Positions 36,185 to 37,205 of a stretch of 37,205 nucleotides of DNA are shown one piece after another. Location of the stretch: NCBI GenBank assembly GCA_013239625.1, contig MU054323.1, forward strand, positions 12,841,694-12,878,898, written 5' to 3'. Positions within the stretch are counted from its first letter, which is position 1. Each line of letters begins with the position of its first letter. A program made the position numbers and the translations under genes. The notes under the pieces were generated by a model, which saw only the letters and a list, made by a program, of their open reading frames with translations, was not told the DNA's origin and made no database searches. The DNA is from Lama guanicoe (lineage: Eukaryota).

Positions 36185-36772
36185 TGATTTCAATTGCAGC
36201 AGACTATTTTATGTGTCTGCATGGGTATGTGTATATTAAAGACAAAAGCAAGCCCAAAATTGATACATTATTTGATGTTTAGAATGAATAATAAAATCCT
36301 TAAAGACACTGTGATCTCTTTCCTTTATTAACTCTCCTCTTGTAGGAGAGCTTCTGAGTGAACTGTTAGGAATTATTTTCAGCATTACTGGGTTACCTCA
36401 TGATCAGAGGCTGTGGGTCTGAAGGAAGGTTACCTATGAGGAAGAGCAGCTGGATCTGCCTGTAGAAAATTCAAAGTGTGTGTAATGACAACGCCTCTCC
36501 CCTCAGGGCAGTAGAGTTGTCAAGTGTGTAATGTATATTTAATTCTACCCTTAAATTAGGTCAAGAGGAAAAGTGTTGCAATATTTGCATCTATTAATCG
36601 GATGTTTTTCCACTCATAAATGAACAGAATTTTTTAAATAATGAGGGATTTTGCATTGTGTGTATCTGTTAAATGGACACATTGAAATTAGATGTTAATT
36701 TTGGAGTAAAATTTTAAATGGCTAAATTTCTATCACAAGTATAGTACACAAGCAGAATAAAACCCACAAATA

Positions 36773-37205
36773 AGTCCACCAAAACTGAATCAAGAAGAAA
36801 CTGAACACTTGAACAATCCGATCACTAGAAAGGAAATAGAAATAGCAATCAGAAACCTCCCTACAAATAAAAGTCCAGGACCGAATGGCTTCACTGGGGA
36901 ATTCTACCAAACATACGAAGAAGAACTCATACCAGTCCTTCTCAAACTCTTCCAGATGATTCAAAAGGAGGGAATACTCCCAAACTCATTCTATGAAGCC
37001 ACCATCACCCTGATACCAAAACCAGGCAAAGACACTACAAAAAAAGAGAATTATAGGCCAATGTCACTGATGAACATAGATGCCAAAATCCTCACCAAAA
37101 TTTTAGCAAATAGAATCCAACAACACATAAAAAAGATTATACATCATGACCAAGTGGGGTTCATCCCAGGGACACAAGGCTGGTTCAACATATGCAAATC
37201 AATCA
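36773..37205 (+). mobile_element. Young 5'-truncated L1, ORF2 (linker to RT N-terminus), running off the window
   Basis: Uninterrupted 144-codon frame [18 protein letters not shown]...[15 protein letters not shown]...[19 protein letters not shown]...[16 protein letters not shown]...[21 protein letters not shown], canonical L1 ORF2p. Confidence 0.97.

Noticed and set aside
36722..36964. 80-aa minus-strand ORF
   Set aside because: Antisense shadow of L1 ORF2.

Overview
Mammalian (eukaryotic) genomic DNA, most likely from a camelid, judged from its tRNA-Ala-derived Vic-1-type SINEs and the style of its L1 3' ends. The whole window appears to lie inside the TTC27 gene (+ strand). Three internal coding exons are present (19251-19364, 32907-33002, 35912-36034; probably exons 10-12 in human numbering, from memory). 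They splice in frame into a TPR-region peptide. The rest is intron, dense with L1, L2, MIR, camelid SINE, LTR and hAT-Charlie remnants. The most notable object is an antisense processed-pseudogene fragment of NCBP1 (CBP80) at ~17111-17359. It sits inside an L1 3' fragment and has atypical junctions: no poly(A) tail in the expected orientation and a 6-bp microhomology. Minor observations are a possible L1 3' transduction, GC/CpG-shifted patches on old repeats, candidate poison exons and two palindromic motif clusters. I found no evidence for a novel multi-gene system. Family names and homologies come from recalled sequences, not from database searches, and repeat boundaries are approximate.
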